Below are positions 44,601-54,407 of a DNA stretch of 64,000 nt, one piece after another (the stretch's first letter is position 1; every line of letters begins with the position of its first letter). The stretch is from positions 427 through 64,426 of the forward strand of contig JAZRYK010000027.1 of NCBI GenBank assembly GCA_045600725.1. The letters run 5' to 3'. Source of the DNA: Lachnospiraceae bacterium (GTDB lineage Bacteria; Bacillota; Clostridia; Lachnospirales; Lachnospiraceae). A program made the translations under genes and the position numbers. The notes under the pieces are model-generated. The model did not search any database, was not told the origin of the DNA, and worked only from the letters and a program-made list of their open reading frames with translations.

Positions 44601-45559
44601 TGGGCGTTCCTTCCCGTATGAATATCGGTCAGGTCCTTGAAATCCATCTTTCCCTTGCAGCCAAGGCTCTTGGCTTTAACGTTGCAACACCTATCTTCGA
44701 TGGTGCAAACGAAAATGATATTATGGATACTCTTGAACTTGCAAACGACTACGTAAATCTTCCTTTTGATGAGAAGGAAGCTAAAGAAATTGCAGCTAAG
44801 GAAGGTAAGGAGTACGACAAGACAGCTCCTACATTCTGTTCAGCTCATAAGGAAGAGCTTCTTCCTGAGGTAGTGGATTACTTATCCGAGAACAGAGATC
44901 ACAGATCACTCTGGAAGGGTGTTCCGATTTCCCGTGACGGTAAAGTAAGACTTCGCGACGGTAGAACAGGTGAGTACTTCGATGGCCCTGTAACAATCGG
45001 TCACATGCACTACTTGAAACTTCACCACCTGGTAGACGATAAGATCCATGCTCGTTCAACAGGTCCTTACTCACTGGTTACTCAGCAGCCTCTTGGCGGT
45101 AAAGCTCAGTTCGGTGGACAGCGTTTCGGTGAAATGGAAGTTTGGGCACTTGAAGCTTACGGTGCTGCATATACTCTTCAGGAAATTCTTACTGTTAAGT
45201 CCGATGATGTTGTAGGACGTGTAAAGACCTACGAAGCAATCATCAAGGGTGAGAATATTCCTAAACCCGGCATTCCGGAATCCTTCAAGGTATTACTTAA
45301 GGAATTACAGTCACTCTGTCTTGATATCAAGGTTCTCCGTGATGACATGACAGAAGTTCAGCTTACTGAAGTTGCCGATTACGAAGCAACAGACTTCAGA
45401 TCTGTAGAGAACGATGACACAAACAGAAAGGTCAACGATTACGACTCCAGATCACTTGCAAGAATGGGATACCAGACTCAGGAATTCAATGAGGATGGAG
45501 ATCTTGTTGAAGCAGATGAAGATTTTGATTATTCCGAAGACGGTACCACAGAAGAATAA
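41636..45559 (+). CDS. rpoB: DNA-directed RNA polymerase subunit beta
   Basis: Diagnostic blocks are [65 protein letters not shown] and [24 protein letters not shown]. Confidence 0.99.
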   Translation: MSMEKNRIRKVPAGRSMRMSYSRQKEVLEMPNLIEVQKDSYEWFLSDGLREAFDDISPIVDYSGRFSLEFVDYELNRNQAKYTIEECKERDATYSAKLSAKVRLHNKETGEVAENVVFMGDFPLMTETGTFVINGAERVIVSQMVRSPGIYYDIQHDKIGKELYFATVIPNRGAWLEYETDSNNVFYVRVDRTRKVPITVLLRALGLGTNQEIRDLFGEEEKIEASFAKDTSITEKMPEGSAEAGLLELYKKIRPGEPLNVENAESLISGMFFDPRRYDLAKVGRYKFNKKLSFRNRIAGQVLAEDAVSPLTGEILFEKGTKLTREDADMIQDSAVPFVYIETETKIEKVLSNMAVKLDGFVDFDPAELGIKERVYYPVLKEILDGCEDAESVKEAVQLNIHELVPKHITKEDIFASVNYNLHLEYGIGTDDDIDHLGNRRIRAVGELLQNQFRIGLSRVERVVRERMTTHDTDEVNAGQLVNVKPIQAAIKEFFGSSQLSQFMDQNNPLGELTHKRRLSALGPGGLSRERASFEVRDVHYTHYGRMCPIETPEGPNIGLINSLASFARINEYGFIEAPYRLIDKSDPENPRVTDEYRYMTADEEDDYHVAQANVPLNPDGTFAKNSVSGRYREETQEYAKTMFDYMDVSPRMVFSVATALIPFLQNDDANRALMGSNMQRQAVPLMMTEAPAVGTGMEPKAAVDSGVCVVAEGDGTVDYVSSKLIKITYDDGTKKDYNLTKFSRSNQSNCYNQKPIVFKGNRVTKGEVIADGPSTQGGELALGKNPLIGFMTWEGYNYEDAVLLSERLVADDVYTSIHIEKYEAEARDTKLGPEEITRDVPGVGDEALKNLDERGIIRVGAEVRANDILVGKVTPKGETELTAEERLLRAIFGEKAREVRDTSLKVPHGEYGIVVDTKVFTRKDNEGDLSPGVNTSVRVYIAQKRKISVGDKMAGRHGNKGVVSRVLPVEDMPYLPNGRPLDIVLNPLGVPSRMNIGQVLEIHLSLAAKALGFNVATPIFDGANENDIMDTLELANDYVNLPFDEKEAKEIAAKEGKEYDKTAPTFCSAHKEELLPEVVDYLSENRDHRSLWKGVPISRDGKVRLRDGRTGEYFDGPVTIGHMHYLKLHHLVDDKIHARSTGPYSLVTQQPLGGKAQFGGQRFGEMEVWALEAYGAAYTLQEILTVKSDDVVGRVKTYEAIIKGENIPKPGIPESFKVLLKELQSLCLDIKVLRDDMTEVQLTEVADYEATDFRSVENDDTNRKVNDYDSRSLARMGYQTQEFNEDGDLVEADEDFDYSEDGTTEE

Positions 45560-45604
45560 GAATCAGACTATTTAACAGTTTTGGTATGAGAGGAGCGCCA
45601 TAAA

Positions 45605-48600
45605 ATGTCAGAAATTAAAAATGATACATATCAGCCTATGACATTTGATGCCATTAAAATTGGTCTTGCATCACCTGAAATCATCAGATCATGGTCTTCA
45701 GGAGATGAAAGAAGAAAAGAAGATCCTACATTTGGTATCGTAACAAAGCCTGAGACCATCAACTACAGAACACTTAAGCCTGAAAAGGACGGTTTGTTCT
45801 GCGAGAAGATCTTTGGACCCAGCAAGGACTGGGAATGTCATTGCGGCAAATATAAGAAGATTCGCCACAAAGGTATTATCTGTGATCGTTGCGGTGTTGA
45901 AGTTACAAAGTCAAGCGTTCGTCGTGAGCGTATGGGACGTATTGAACTTGCTGCACCTGTATCACATATCTGGTACTTCAAGGGTATCCCTTCACGTATG
46001 GGACTTATTCTTGATCTTTCACCCAGAGTACTTGAAAAAGTTCTCTATTTTGCTTCTTACATTGTACTTGATCCCGGTGAAAGCACACTTGCTTACAAGG
46101 ATGTGCTTACAGAGAGCCAGTATGCCGAAGCAAGAGAAAAATTCGGCAACAAGTTCCGCGTAGGAATGGGTGCCGAAGCAATTAAGGAATTACTTCAGGC
46201 AATCGATCTTGAATCCGAATCAGAGAGACTTATCGCTGAATTAAAGGAATCAAGCGGCCAGAAGAGAACAAAAATCGTTAAGAGACTTGAAGTTGTCGAA
46301 GCTTTCCGCGAGTCAGGAAACAAGCCTGAATGGATGATTCTGGATGTTGTTCCCGTTATTCCTCCCGATCTTCGTCCCATGGTTCAGCTTGACGGTGGAC
46401 GTTTTGCAACATCGGATTTAAATGATCTTTACAGAAGAATCATCAACAGAAACAACCGTCTTGAAAGATTGCTCGAGCTCGGTGCGCCCGACATTATCGT
46501 TCGCAACGAAAAGAGAATGCTTCAGGAAGCAGTTGATGCTCTTATTGATAACGGAAGACGCGGACGCCCCGTAACAGGACCCGGTAACCGTGCACTTAAA
46601 TCACTTTCAGACTTATTAAAGGGTAAGGGCGGTCGTTTCCGTCAGAACCTTCTTGGTAAGCGTGTAGACTACTCAGGACGTTCGGTTATCGTAGTAGGAC
46701 CTGAACTTAAGATTTATCAGTGCGGTCTTCCCAAAGAAATGGCTATCGAGTTGTTCAAGCCCTTCGTTATGAAGGAACTTGTTTGCCGTGGCATTTCACA
46801 GAATATTAAGAATGCAAAGAAGCTTGTTGAAAGACTTGATACACAGGTTTGGGACGTGCTTGAAGATGTTATTAAAGAACATCCTGTTATGCTTAACAGA
46901 GCACCTACACTTCACAGACTTGGTATTCAGGCATTCGAGCCTATCCTTGTAGAAGGTAAGGCTATTAAGCTTCACCCCCTTGTATGTACAGCGTTCAACG
47001 CCGACTTCGATGGTGACCAGATGGCCGTTCATCTTCCTCTTAGCGTTGAAGCTCAGGCTGAGTGCAGATTCCTTCTTCTCTCACCCAACAACCTTTTGAA
47101 GCCTTCAGACGGTGGTCCTGTTGCTGTTCCTTCACAGGATATGGTTCTTGGTATTTACTATATGACCATGCATAAGTATGTTGACCACAAGGAAGCTGAA
47201 TTTGTTGACAATATCGTTGCTGAATTTGACAACATTGATGATGCAAAGAAAGCTTACGAAGAATATGAAGCAAAGGTGTTAAAGGCTGTTAAGGGAAAGA
47301 ATGCCGATGAAGATGCCAAGGCTGTTGCAGCAAGCAAGGGCGCTAAACTTGACAGAAATGCAATCATTAAGGTTTGCGTAGATACCGACAGAGACAGAAG
47401 AGTTGTCTGCCGTATGGTAGATATTCTCGGAAGATACTTCAATTCCATGGACGATGCATTACTTGCATACGAGAACGAGGAAATCACATATCATCAGAGC
47501 ATTTTCGTAAAGAGATGTGCTGAATTCGAGGGTGAGACAGTTGAAGGATTTATCGAGACAACACTCGGTCGTTTAATGTTCAATGAGAACATACCTCAGG
47601 ATCTTGGTTACGTTGATCGTTCCAAGAAAGAGAATGCTCTTTTACTTGAAGTAGACTTCCATGTAGGAAGAAAGCAGTTAAAGGCAATTCTCCAGAAGGT
47701 AATCAATACACACGGAGCAGGTGTAATGGCAGAAGTTCTTGATAAGATCAAGGCTATGGGTTACCACTACTCTACAATCGCAGCAATGACAGTTTCTATT
47801 TCTGATATGACAGTGCCTGCTTCAAAGCCCGCACTTCTTGAGGAAGCTCAGCAGACTGTTGATAAGATTTCAAGAAACTACAGACGTGGACTTATTACCG
47901 ACGAAGAGAGATATCGTGCAGTTGTTGAGACATGGACAGATATCGACGGAAGACTTACAAAGGATCTGTTAAACGGTCTTGATAAGTACAACAACATCTT
48001 CATGATGGCTGACTCCGGTGCCCGTGGTTCCAACCAGCAGATTAAGCAGCTGGCAGGTATGCGTGGACTTATGGCAGATACATCAGGTAGAACAATTGAG
48101 TTGCCCATTAAGTCAAACTTCCGTGAAGGTCTTGACGTTTTGGAATACTTCATGTCAGCTCACGGTGCTCGTAAGGGTCTGTCAGATACAGCTATTCGTA
48201 CAGCTGACTCAGGTTACCTTACAAGACGAATGGTAGACGTTTCACAGGAACTTATTATTCGTGAAATCGACTGTGCCGAAACAAGAGATTATATCCCCGG
48301 AATGGATGTATATGCATTCATGGACGGTAAGGAAACAATCGAAGGCTTAAAGGATCGTATCCAGGGTCGTTACGCTGTTGAAGATATTTATTCCGAAAGC
48401 GGCGAATTAATTGTTAAGAAGAATCATATGATCAATCCCAGACGTGCTGAGAGAATCATGAACGAAGGTATTGATTCATACGGTAATCCTGTAAAGGATA
48501 ATATTTCAGCAAGAATTAAGGTTCGTAATATTCTTTGCTGCCGTTCACATGACGGTATTTGTGCAAAGTGTTACGGTGCAAACATGGCAACCGGTGAAGC

Positions 48601-49570
48601 AGTTCAGGTCGGTGAAGCAGTTGGTATTATTGCTGCTCAGTCAATCGGTGAACCCGGTACACAGCTTACAATGAGAACATTCCATACCGGTGGTGTTGCC
48701 GGTGGCGATATTACACAGGGTCTTCCCCGTGTAGAAGAATTGTTCGAAGCACGTAAACCTAAGGGACTTGCAATCTTAGCCGAGCTTGATGGTGTTGCAA
48801 CCATTAAGAACGAAAAGAATAAGCGTGAAGTTGTTGTTAACAACGAAGAGACAGGCGAGACAAAGACATACATTATTCCTTACGGCTCACGTCTTAAGGT
48901 TCAGGATGGTCAGGTTCTTGTAAAGGGTGATGTACTTACAGAAGGTTCAATTAACCCTCACGATCTTTTAAGAGTTAAGAACATTGACGCAGTTGAAGAT
49001 TATATCATCCGCGAAGTTCAGCGTGTATACAGACTTCAGGGTGTAGATATCAACGATAAGCATATCGAAGTTATTGTTCGTCAGATGCTTAAGAAGACTC
49101 GTATCGAAAACAGCGGTGATTCAGACTTCCTTCCCGGAACAGTTGTTGATACACTTGACTACGAGGATACAAACGAAATGCTTGCTAAGGAGGGCAAGGC
49201 ACTTGCAGAAGGTACCAGAATTATTCTTGGTATCACAAAGTCTGCTCTTGCAACAGAATCCTTCCTTTCAGCCGCATCATTCCAGGAGACCACAAAGGTT
49301 CTTACCGAAGCAGCTATCAAGGGTAAAGTTGATAAGCTCATTGGTCTTAAGGAAAACGTTATCTTAGGTAAGCTGATTCCTGCAGGTACAGGTATGAAGC
49401 GTTATCGTGACGTATCATTAAGTACAGACGACAGATATGAAGCAATGATAGCAGAAAGAGATGCAGTTCTTAACGGGAATGCAGAGCCTGAAGTGGAAGT
49501 TGCCGAAGAAGTCGAAGAAGTAATGGACGTAGCTGACGATGCTGAAGCAGTTGAAGTATCAGAAGAATAA
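45605..49570 (+). CDS. rpoC: DNA-directed RNA polymerase subunit beta'
   Basis: The zinc-finger context is [23 protein letters not shown]. The catalytic motif is [12 protein letters not shown]. Other blocks are [13 protein letters not shown] and trigger-loop/bridge blocks ([22 protein letters not shown]). The protein is 1321 aa. Confidence 0.99.
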   Translation: MSEIKNDTYQPMTFDAIKIGLASPEIIRSWSSGDERRKEDPTFGIVTKPETINYRTLKPEKDGLFCEKIFGPSKDWECHCGKYKKIRHKGIICDRCGVEVTKSSVRRERMGRIELAAPVSHIWYFKGIPSRMGLILDLSPRVLEKVLYFASYIVLDPGESTLAYKDVLTESQYAEAREKFGNKFRVGMGAEAIKELLQAIDLESESERLIAELKESSGQKRTKIVKRLEVVEAFRESGNKPEWMILDVVPVIPPDLRPMVQLDGGRFATSDLNDLYRRIINRNNRLERLLELGAPDIIVRNEKRMLQEAVDALIDNGRRGRPVTGPGNRALKSLSDLLKGKGGRFRQNLLGKRVDYSGRSVIVVGPELKIYQCGLPKEMAIELFKPFVMKELVCRGISQNIKNAKKLVERLDTQVWDVLEDVIKEHPVMLNRAPTLHRLGIQAFEPILVEGKAIKLHPLVCTAFNADFDGDQMAVHLPLSVEAQAECRFLLLSPNNLLKPSDGGPVAVPSQDMVLGIYYMTMHKYVDHKEAEFVDNIVAEFDNIDDAKKAYEEYEAKVLKAVKGKNADEDAKAVAASKGAKLDRNAIIKVCVDTDRDRRVVCRMVDILGRYFNSMDDALLAYENEEITYHQSIFVKRCAEFEGETVEGFIETTLGRLMFNENIPQDLGYVDRSKKENALLLEVDFHVGRKQLKAILQKVINTHGAGVMAEVLDKIKAMGYHYSTIAAMTVSISDMTVPASKPALLEEAQQTVDKISRNYRRGLITDEERYRAVVETWTDIDGRLTKDLLNGLDKYNNIFMMADSGARGSNQQIKQLAGMRGLMADTSGRTIELPIKSNFREGLDVLEYFMSAHGARKGLSDTAIRTADSGYLTRRMVDVSQELIIREIDCAETRDYIPGMDVYAFMDGKETIEGLKDRIQGRYAVEDIYSESGELIVKKNHMINPRRAERIMNEGIDSYGNPVKDNISARIKVRNILCCRSHDGICAKCYGANMATGEAVQVGEAVGIIAAQSIGEPGTQLTMRTFHTGGVAGGDITQGLPRVEELFEARKPKGLAILAELDGVATIKNEKNKREVVVNNEETGETKTYIIPYGSRLKVQDGQVLVKGDVLTEGSINPHDLLRVKNIDAVEDYIIREVQRVYRLQGVDINDKHIEVIVRQMLKKTRIENSGDSDFLPGTVVDTLDYEDTNEMLAKEGKALAEGTRIILGITKSALATESFLSAASFQETTKVLTEAAIKGKVDKLIGLKENVILGKLIPAGTGMKRYRDVSLSTDDRYEAMIAERDAVLNGNAEPEVEVAEEVEEVMDVADDAEAVEVSEE

Positions 49571-49584
49571 GCAATAAAAAATAT

Positions 49585-49616
49585 AGCCACAACCTTCGGG
49601 TTGTGGCTTTTTGTTT
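49585..49616 (+). terminator. intrinsic terminator after rpoC
   Basis: Perfect 10-bp stem AGCCACAACC / GGTTGTGGCT with loop TTCG, followed by TTTTGTTT. Confidence 0.8.
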
Positions 49617-49648
49617 ACCGGGAAATTCCTCTGAATTTCCCGGTAAAC
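49613..49648 (+). other. second long perfect hairpin immediately after the rpoC terminator
   Basis: GTTTACCGGGAAATT-CCTCTG-AATTTCCCGGTAAAC, with 15-bp perfect arms. It is followed by A-rich rather than T-rich sequence. Confidence 0.6.
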
Positions 49649-49685
49649 AAAAAAGTTCCGCTATGGATGCGCACCTTGCGGGGAT

Positions 49686-49741
49686 GAAATAAATGCTAAA
49701 GCATACCGCTCGGGAGCAAAGTGTGTGCAGGCACACACTTT
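49686..49741 (+). repeat. 56-nt intergenic repeat, copy B
   Basis: GAAATAAATGCTAAAGCATACCGCTCGGGAGCAAAGTGTGTGCAGGCACACACTTT, 51/56 identical to 18221-18276. Confidence 0.85.
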
Positions 49742-49745
49742 TTTA

Positions 49746-49754
49746 TGTTATAAT
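49746..49754 (+). promoter_or_regulatory. extended -10 promoter candidate (TGTTATAAT) for the glycerol-3-phosphate dehydrogenase cluster
   Basis: TG-T-TATAAT lies 32 nt upstream of ATG 49786. There is no good -35, and the repeat hairpin occupies that position. Confidence 0.35.
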
Positions 49755-49785
49755 AAATTATATTATGTATGAGAGGGAAACATTC

Positions 49786-51213
49786 ATGAAACAGTATGAT
49801 GTTTTAATTATTGGGGCCGGAGTTATCGGATCATCCATAGCAAGAGAAATATCAAAATATAACATATATACTGCTGTTGTTGAAAAGGCAAGTGATGTAT
49901 GTGAAGGCACATCAAAAGCAAACAGCGGAATTGTACACTCAGGCTATGATGCAAAGCCGGGAACACTTAAGGCCAAATACAATGTATTGGGAAGCAAAAA
50001 AATGGAGGCTCTTTCAAAAGAACTCGATTTTCCATACAGACGAAACGGTTCTTTGGTGTTGTGTTTTTCTGAGGAAGACATGCCTAAATTGGAGGAACTT
50101 CTTGAACGAGGAAAAACAAACGGTGTAGAGGGAATTAAAATCTTATCCAAAGAAGAATTAAAAGAAAAGGAACCAAACATATCCGATGATGCTGTGGCTG
50201 CATTATTCGCACCTACCGGTGCGGTTGTTTGTCCTTTCGGACTTACTATAGCCATGGCTGAAAATGCCGCTGTTAACGGTGTTGATTTCTTCTTAAATAC
50301 AGAGGTCACAGATATAATCAAAACAGAAGACGGCTTTATCGTAAAGGCAGGGGAAGAAGAGTTTTCTGCCAAGATAGTTATTAATGCAGCCGGAGTTTAT
50401 GCAGATAAATTTCACAATATGATTTGTGAAGACAAGATAAATATTACAGCAAGAAAAGGTGAGTACTGCCTTTATGATAAAAAGGTTGGAAATCTTGTTT
50501 CATCAACAATATTCCAGCTTCCGGGAGCACTGGGTAAGGGCATATTGGTTACACCAACGGTGCATGGAAACCTTTTGATGGGACCGACAGCAACCGACAC
50601 TGAAGACAAGGAAGAGGTTAACACAACGGCAAAAGGTCTTGCGACAGTTCAGTCTGTAGGCGGAAAATCCATTCTTGAAGTTCCAACGCGTTCTGTTATC
50701 ACTTCTTTTGCCGGTCTCAGAGCACATGCCGACACGGGCGATTTTATCATAGGCGAAAGCTCCGTCAAGGGCTTTATTGACGTGGCAGGTATTGAATCTC
50801 CGGGACTTTCGGCAGCACCTGCCATAGGCGAATATATTGCGGAACTTGCAGCCGATATTCTTTTGGCGAATAAAAAAGCGAACTTCATTTCTTCAAGAAA
50901 AGGTGTTCCAAATATGGCACTTGCAACTACAGAGGAGAAGAAGAAACTTATTGATGAAAATCCGCTTTTCGCAAATGTTGTCTGCAGATGTGAACTTGTT
51001 ACCGAAGGCGAAATCGTTGCGGCCATAAACAGACCACTGGGCGCAACAACTTTGGACGGTGTAAAAAGACGTACACGGGCCGGAATGGGTAGATGCCAGG
51101 CAGGTTTTTGCTCTCCCAAGACGATTGAAATCATAGCACGTGAAACCGGAAAAGCAGTAACCGAGATTACCAAACACGGTATCGGCTCAGAGTTTATTAC
51201 GGACCATAAGTAG
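49786..51213 (+). CDS. FAD-dependent glycerol-3-phosphate dehydrogenase, GlpA-like, with BFD-like [2Fe-2S] domain
   Basis: ATG 49786 follows a GAGAGGGA RBS. The FAD motif is YDVLIIGAGVIGSSIARE. The BFD-like Cys motif is VVCRCELVTEGEI...RRTRAGMGRCQAGFC. The ORF-track start at 49693 would translate the intergenic repeat. Confidence 0.85.
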   Translation: MKQYDVLIIGAGVIGSSIAREISKYNIYTAVVEKASDVCEGTSKANSGIVHSGYDAKPGTLKAKYNVLGSKKMEALSKELDFPYRRNGSLVLCFSEEDMPKLEELLERGKTNGVEGIKILSKEELKEKEPNISDDAVAALFAPTGAVVCPFGLTIAMAENAAVNGVDFFLNTEVTDIIKTEDGFIVKAGEEEFSAKIVINAAGVYADKFHNMICEDKINITARKGEYCLYDKKVGNLVSSTIFQLPGALGKGILVTPTVHGNLLMGPTATDTEDKEEVNTTAKGLATVQSVGGKSILEVPTRSVITSFAGLRAHADTGDFIIGESSVKGFIDVAGIESPGLSAAPAIGEYIAELAADILLANKKANFISSRKGVPNMALATTEEKKKLIDENPLFANVVCRCELVTEGEIVAAINRPLGATTLDGVKRRTRAGMGRCQAGFCSPKTIEIIARETGKAVTEITKHGIGSEFITDHK

Positions 51214-51225
51214 GAGGGCATTTGG

Positions 51226-52485
51226 ATGAATAAGAAAATTGTTATCATCGGAGGCGGACCTGCGGGACTTGCGGCAGCTGTTGCAGCAAAAGAAGCCGGT
51301 GTGGATGATGTACTTATTATTGAACGAGACAAAGTTTTGGGCGGTATTCTGAATCAGTGCATTCATAACGGATTTGGTCTTCATACATTCAAAGAGGAGT
51401 TGACGGGTCCTGAGTACGCGCAACGATTTATTGACAAAGCTGCCGAGCACAATGTTGAAGCATATCTTAATACCATTGTTATAGATATTACAAAAGACAG
51501 AGTGATAACATGCATGTCTGCCGAGCGAGGCATATTTACAATTGAAGCTGAAAGCATAGTTTTGTGCATGGGCTGTCGTGAACGTCCCAGGGGAGCATTA
51601 AATACCCCCGGTTACAGACCGGCAGGAATATATTCCGCGGGAACGGCTCAGCGCTTTGTAAATATTGAAGGCAAACTGCCCGGAAAGAAGGTTGTTATCC
51701 TGGGTTCCGGTGACATCGGGCTTATTATGGCAAGAAGAATGACCATGGAGGGAGCCGAAGTTAAGGCGGTTGCTGAAATTATGCCGTATTCCGGCGGACT
51801 AAAGCGTAATATTGTACAGTGTCTTGATGATTTCGGAATTCCTCTAAAATTGTCTACGACAGTAGTGGATATTGCCGGAAAAGACAGAGTGGAATCGGTT
51901 ACGCTTGCAAGGGTTGATGAGAAGTCACAACCTATTCCGGGAACAGAAGAGATTATAGCATGTGACACACTTCTTCTTTCCTGCGGACTTCTCCCTGAAA
52001 ATGAGTTAAGTTCGCAGCTTGGAGTAACTTTGTCACGTGTTACAGGCGGTCCTGAGGTAAATGACAGTCTTGAGACGGATATTCCGGGAGTATTTGCCGC
52101 AGGCAATGTTCTTCATGTTCACGATCTTGTTGATTACGTTTCAATGGAAGCAACTCAGGCCGGAAAAAATGCGGCACGGTTTGTTCTTTCGGGAATGGAA
52201 AAAGAAAGTAAATCAGTTCAGGTTACAACAGGAAACGGAGTAAGATATACGGTTCCGACAACCGTCCGCCCCGACAAGATGGATGATCTTGTGACTGTCA
52301 GATTCAGAGTCGGAAATGTATTCAAAAATCCTGAAATCTGCGTATATATGGGTGACGAGTGTGTTCTTCGTAAAAAGAAACAGATTTGCGCTCCGGGCGA
52401 AATGGAGCAGGTAGTTATCAAAAAGAGCGATGTATCCGGAATTAAAGACGGCGAAGTGATTAAAGTCTGTCTTGAAAATGTGTAA
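51226..52485 (+). CDS. pyridine nucleotide-disulfide-type FAD/NAD(P) oxidoreductase (partner of the GlpA-like protein)
   Basis: Two Rossmann motifs are present: KIVIIGGGPAGLAAAVAAKEAG and KKVVILGSGDIGLIMARRM. A later motif is GVFAAGNV. An AGGAGG RBS is present. Confidence 0.8.
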   Translation: MNKKIVIIGGGPAGLAAAVAAKEAGVDDVLIIERDKVLGGILNQCIHNGFGLHTFKEELTGPEYAQRFIDKAAEHNVEAYLNTIVIDITKDRVITCMSAERGIFTIEAESIVLCMGCRERPRGALNTPGYRPAGIYSAGTAQRFVNIEGKLPGKKVVILGSGDIGLIMARRMTMEGAEVKAVAEIMPYSGGLKRNIVQCLDDFGIPLKLSTTVVDIAGKDRVESVTLARVDEKSQPIPGTEEIIACDTLLLSCGLLPENELSSQLGVTLSRVTGGPEVNDSLETDIPGVFAAGNVLHVHDLVDYVSMEATQAGKNAARFVLSGMEKESKSVQVTTGNGVRYTVPTTVRPDKMDDLVTVRFRVGNVFKNPEICVYMGDECVLRKKKQICAPGEMEQVVIKKSDVSGIKDGEVIKVCLENV

Positions 52486-52497
52486 GGAGGCGGCAAA

Positions 52498-52875
52498 ATG
52501 GAATCACGTACCATGACATGTATAAATTGTCCGATGGGCTGTCAGGTTACAATAAATTATGAGATTGCAGCCGGAACAATAAACAAAGATACATTATCAG
52601 TAACGGGGAATACATGCCCAAGAGGCGCGCAGTATGCCGTATCTGAGGTTACAAATCCAACAAGAACGGTTACGGGAACGATTGGTGTTTTGAACAGGGA
52701 AGGAATGGTTTGTCCTGTAAAAACAAAAACTCCGGTACCGAAGGACAAAGTTTATGAAGTAGCAGAACTTCTCATGAAATTGACTGTAGAAGCGGCTGCT
52801 AAGATAGGGGATGTTGTTCTTGCGGATATTTTGGGGACCGGAAGCGACCTGGTGGTTACAAAGAATATTGATTAA
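52498..52875 (+). CDS. DUF1667-domain protein
   Basis: CINCPMGCQVT...VTGNTCPRGAQYAVSEVTNPTRTVT matches the DUF1667 Cys pattern as I know it. It is the third member of the clostridial G3P-dehydrogenase trio. Confidence 0.8.
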   Translation: MESRTMTCINCPMGCQVTINYEIAAGTINKDTLSVTGNTCPRGAQYAVSEVTNPTRTVTGTIGVLNREGMVCPVKTKTPVPKDKVYEVAELLMKLTVEAAAKIGDVVLADILGTGSDLVVTKNID

Positions 52876-52894
52876 TATCTAAAGGAGTATTGGG

Positions 52895-54397
52895 ATGAAA
52901 GACTATATAATGGCACTGGATCAGGGAACAACCAGCTCCCGCTGTATCCTGTTTGACAAAGCCGGAAATATCATAAATATGGCGCAGAGGGAATTTAATC
53001 AGATATATCCGAAACCGGGCTGGGTGGAACATAATGCGATGGAAATATGGTCATCACAGTTGGCTGTTGCACTTGAAGCAATGGCTCTTGTTCATGCAAG
53101 TGCCGAACAGATTGCTGCTATAGGTATTACTAATCAGCGTGAGACCACAATTGTGTGGGACAGAGTTACAGGGGAACCGGTTTACAATGCAATCGTATGG
53201 CAGTGTAAGAGAACTGCCGATTATATTGAGGAAGTTAAAGCAACTCCGATGGCTGAAACAATCAGACAGAAGACGGGACTTATCCCGGATGCATATTTCA
53301 GTGCCACAAAAATAAAGTGGATACTTGATAATGTGGAAGGAGTGCGAGAAAAAGCAGAGAAAGGGCTTATTCTTTTCGGAACCGTAGACACATGGCTTAT
53401 GTGGAATCTTTCAAAGGGAATGGTTCATGTAACTGATTATACAAATGCGTCCAGAACGATGCTTTTTAATATAAACACACTTACATGGGATGAAGAACTG
53501 TGCGACTATTTCGGAATTCCAATGAGTATGCTTCCCGAAGTTAAGCCTTCTTCAACTACATTTGGATATACAGACAAGTTTGTTCTTGGAGATGAAATAC
53601 CTGTTGCAGGTATAGCGGGCGATCAGCAGGCGGCTTTATTCGGACAGTGCTGCTTTGAAGCGGGAGATGCAAAAAATACATATGGAACAGGCTGCTTTCT
53701 TTTGATGAATACAGGCAACAAGGCTATTTTCTCCAATAACGGATTACTTACCACCATTGCAGCAAGCACAGGGGATGAAGTGCAGTATGCTCTTGAAGGT
53801 AGTGTTTTTGTTGCCGGAGCCGGTGTCCAGTGGCTTCGCGACGGTATGAAAATGGTGGAGAGTGCAAGTCAGACTGAGGAATTTTCTGTTGTTGTTCCTG
53901 ACACGGCAGGCGTTTATATTGTCCCTGCATTTGTAGGCCTTGGAGCACCTTATTGGGATCAGTATGCAAGAGGAACGGTAGTAGGTGTCACCAGGGGCTG
54001 CAGGAAAGAGCATTTCATTCGTGCTACACTGGAATCTATTGCTTACCAGACTTTTGATGTGCTGAAGGTTATGGAGAAGGACTCAGGTATTACGCTTAAT
54101 TCCCTCCGCGTTGACGGTGGTGCAAGCGCCAACAATTTCCTTATGAAGTTTCAGGCGGATGTGCTTGATTTGGATGTATTGCGTCCAAGATGCATCGAAA
54201 CAACAGCACTTGGAGCCGCATATCTTGCAGGACTTGCCACCGGTTTCTGGACCGATAAGGCAGATATAATCGAAAACTGGAAGCTCGGACGCAAGTTTGA
54301 AGCAACCATGAGCGAGGATGAAAGAAAGTCGTTACTGAAAGGATGGCAGGTAGCAGTTAAATGTGCTAAACTCTATGGAGAAGAAATGAACTCCTAG
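52895..54397 (+). CDS. glpK: glycerol kinase
   Basis: Motifs are [38 protein letters not shown] and [17 protein letters not shown]. The protein is 500 aa. Confidence 0.96.
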   Translation: MKDYIMALDQGTTSSRCILFDKAGNIINMAQREFNQIYPKPGWVEHNAMEIWSSQLAVALEAMALVHASAEQIAAIGITNQRETTIVWDRVTGEPVYNAIVWQCKRTADYIEEVKATPMAETIRQKTGLIPDAYFSATKIKWILDNVEGVREKAEKGLILFGTVDTWLMWNLSKGMVHVTDYTNASRTMLFNINTLTWDEELCDYFGIPMSMLPEVKPSSTTFGYTDKFVLGDEIPVAGIAGDQQAALFGQCCFEAGDAKNTYGTGCFLLMNTGNKAIFSNNGLLTTIAASTGDEVQYALEGSVFVAGAGVQWLRDGMKMVESASQTEEFSVVVPDTAGVYIVPAFVGLGAPYWDQYARGTVVGVTRGCRKEHFIRATLESIAYQTFDVLKVMEKDSGITLNSLRVDGGASANNFLMKFQADVLDLDVLRPRCIETTALGAAYLAGLATGFWTDKADIIENWKLGRKFEATMSEDERKSLLKGWQVAVKCAKLYGEEMNS

Positions 54398-54407
54398 GGG
54401 ATAACAG

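Noticed and set aside
45380-45559. A long acidic C-terminal tail of beta, and a similar acidic tail of beta' at 49480-49570.
   Set aside because: Acidic C-terminal extensions of RpoB/RpoC are common in Firmicutes (B. subtilis has them), so this is not unusual.
49693-49785. ORF-track N-terminal extension of the GlpA-like gene (MLKHTAREQSVCRHTLFYVIINYIMYERETF).
   Set aside because: It would translate the 56-nt intergenic repeat and the promoter-like TGTTATAAT. ATG 49786 has a proper RBS and gives the canonical MKQYDVLIIGAG N-terminus.
50649-51332. A 227-aa antisense ORF inside the GlpA-like dehydrogenase gene.
   Set aside because: The translation is a Ser/Ala/Pro-rich low-complexity sequence typical of the reverse frame of a GC-richer gene. 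The sense frame has FAD and BFD motifs.
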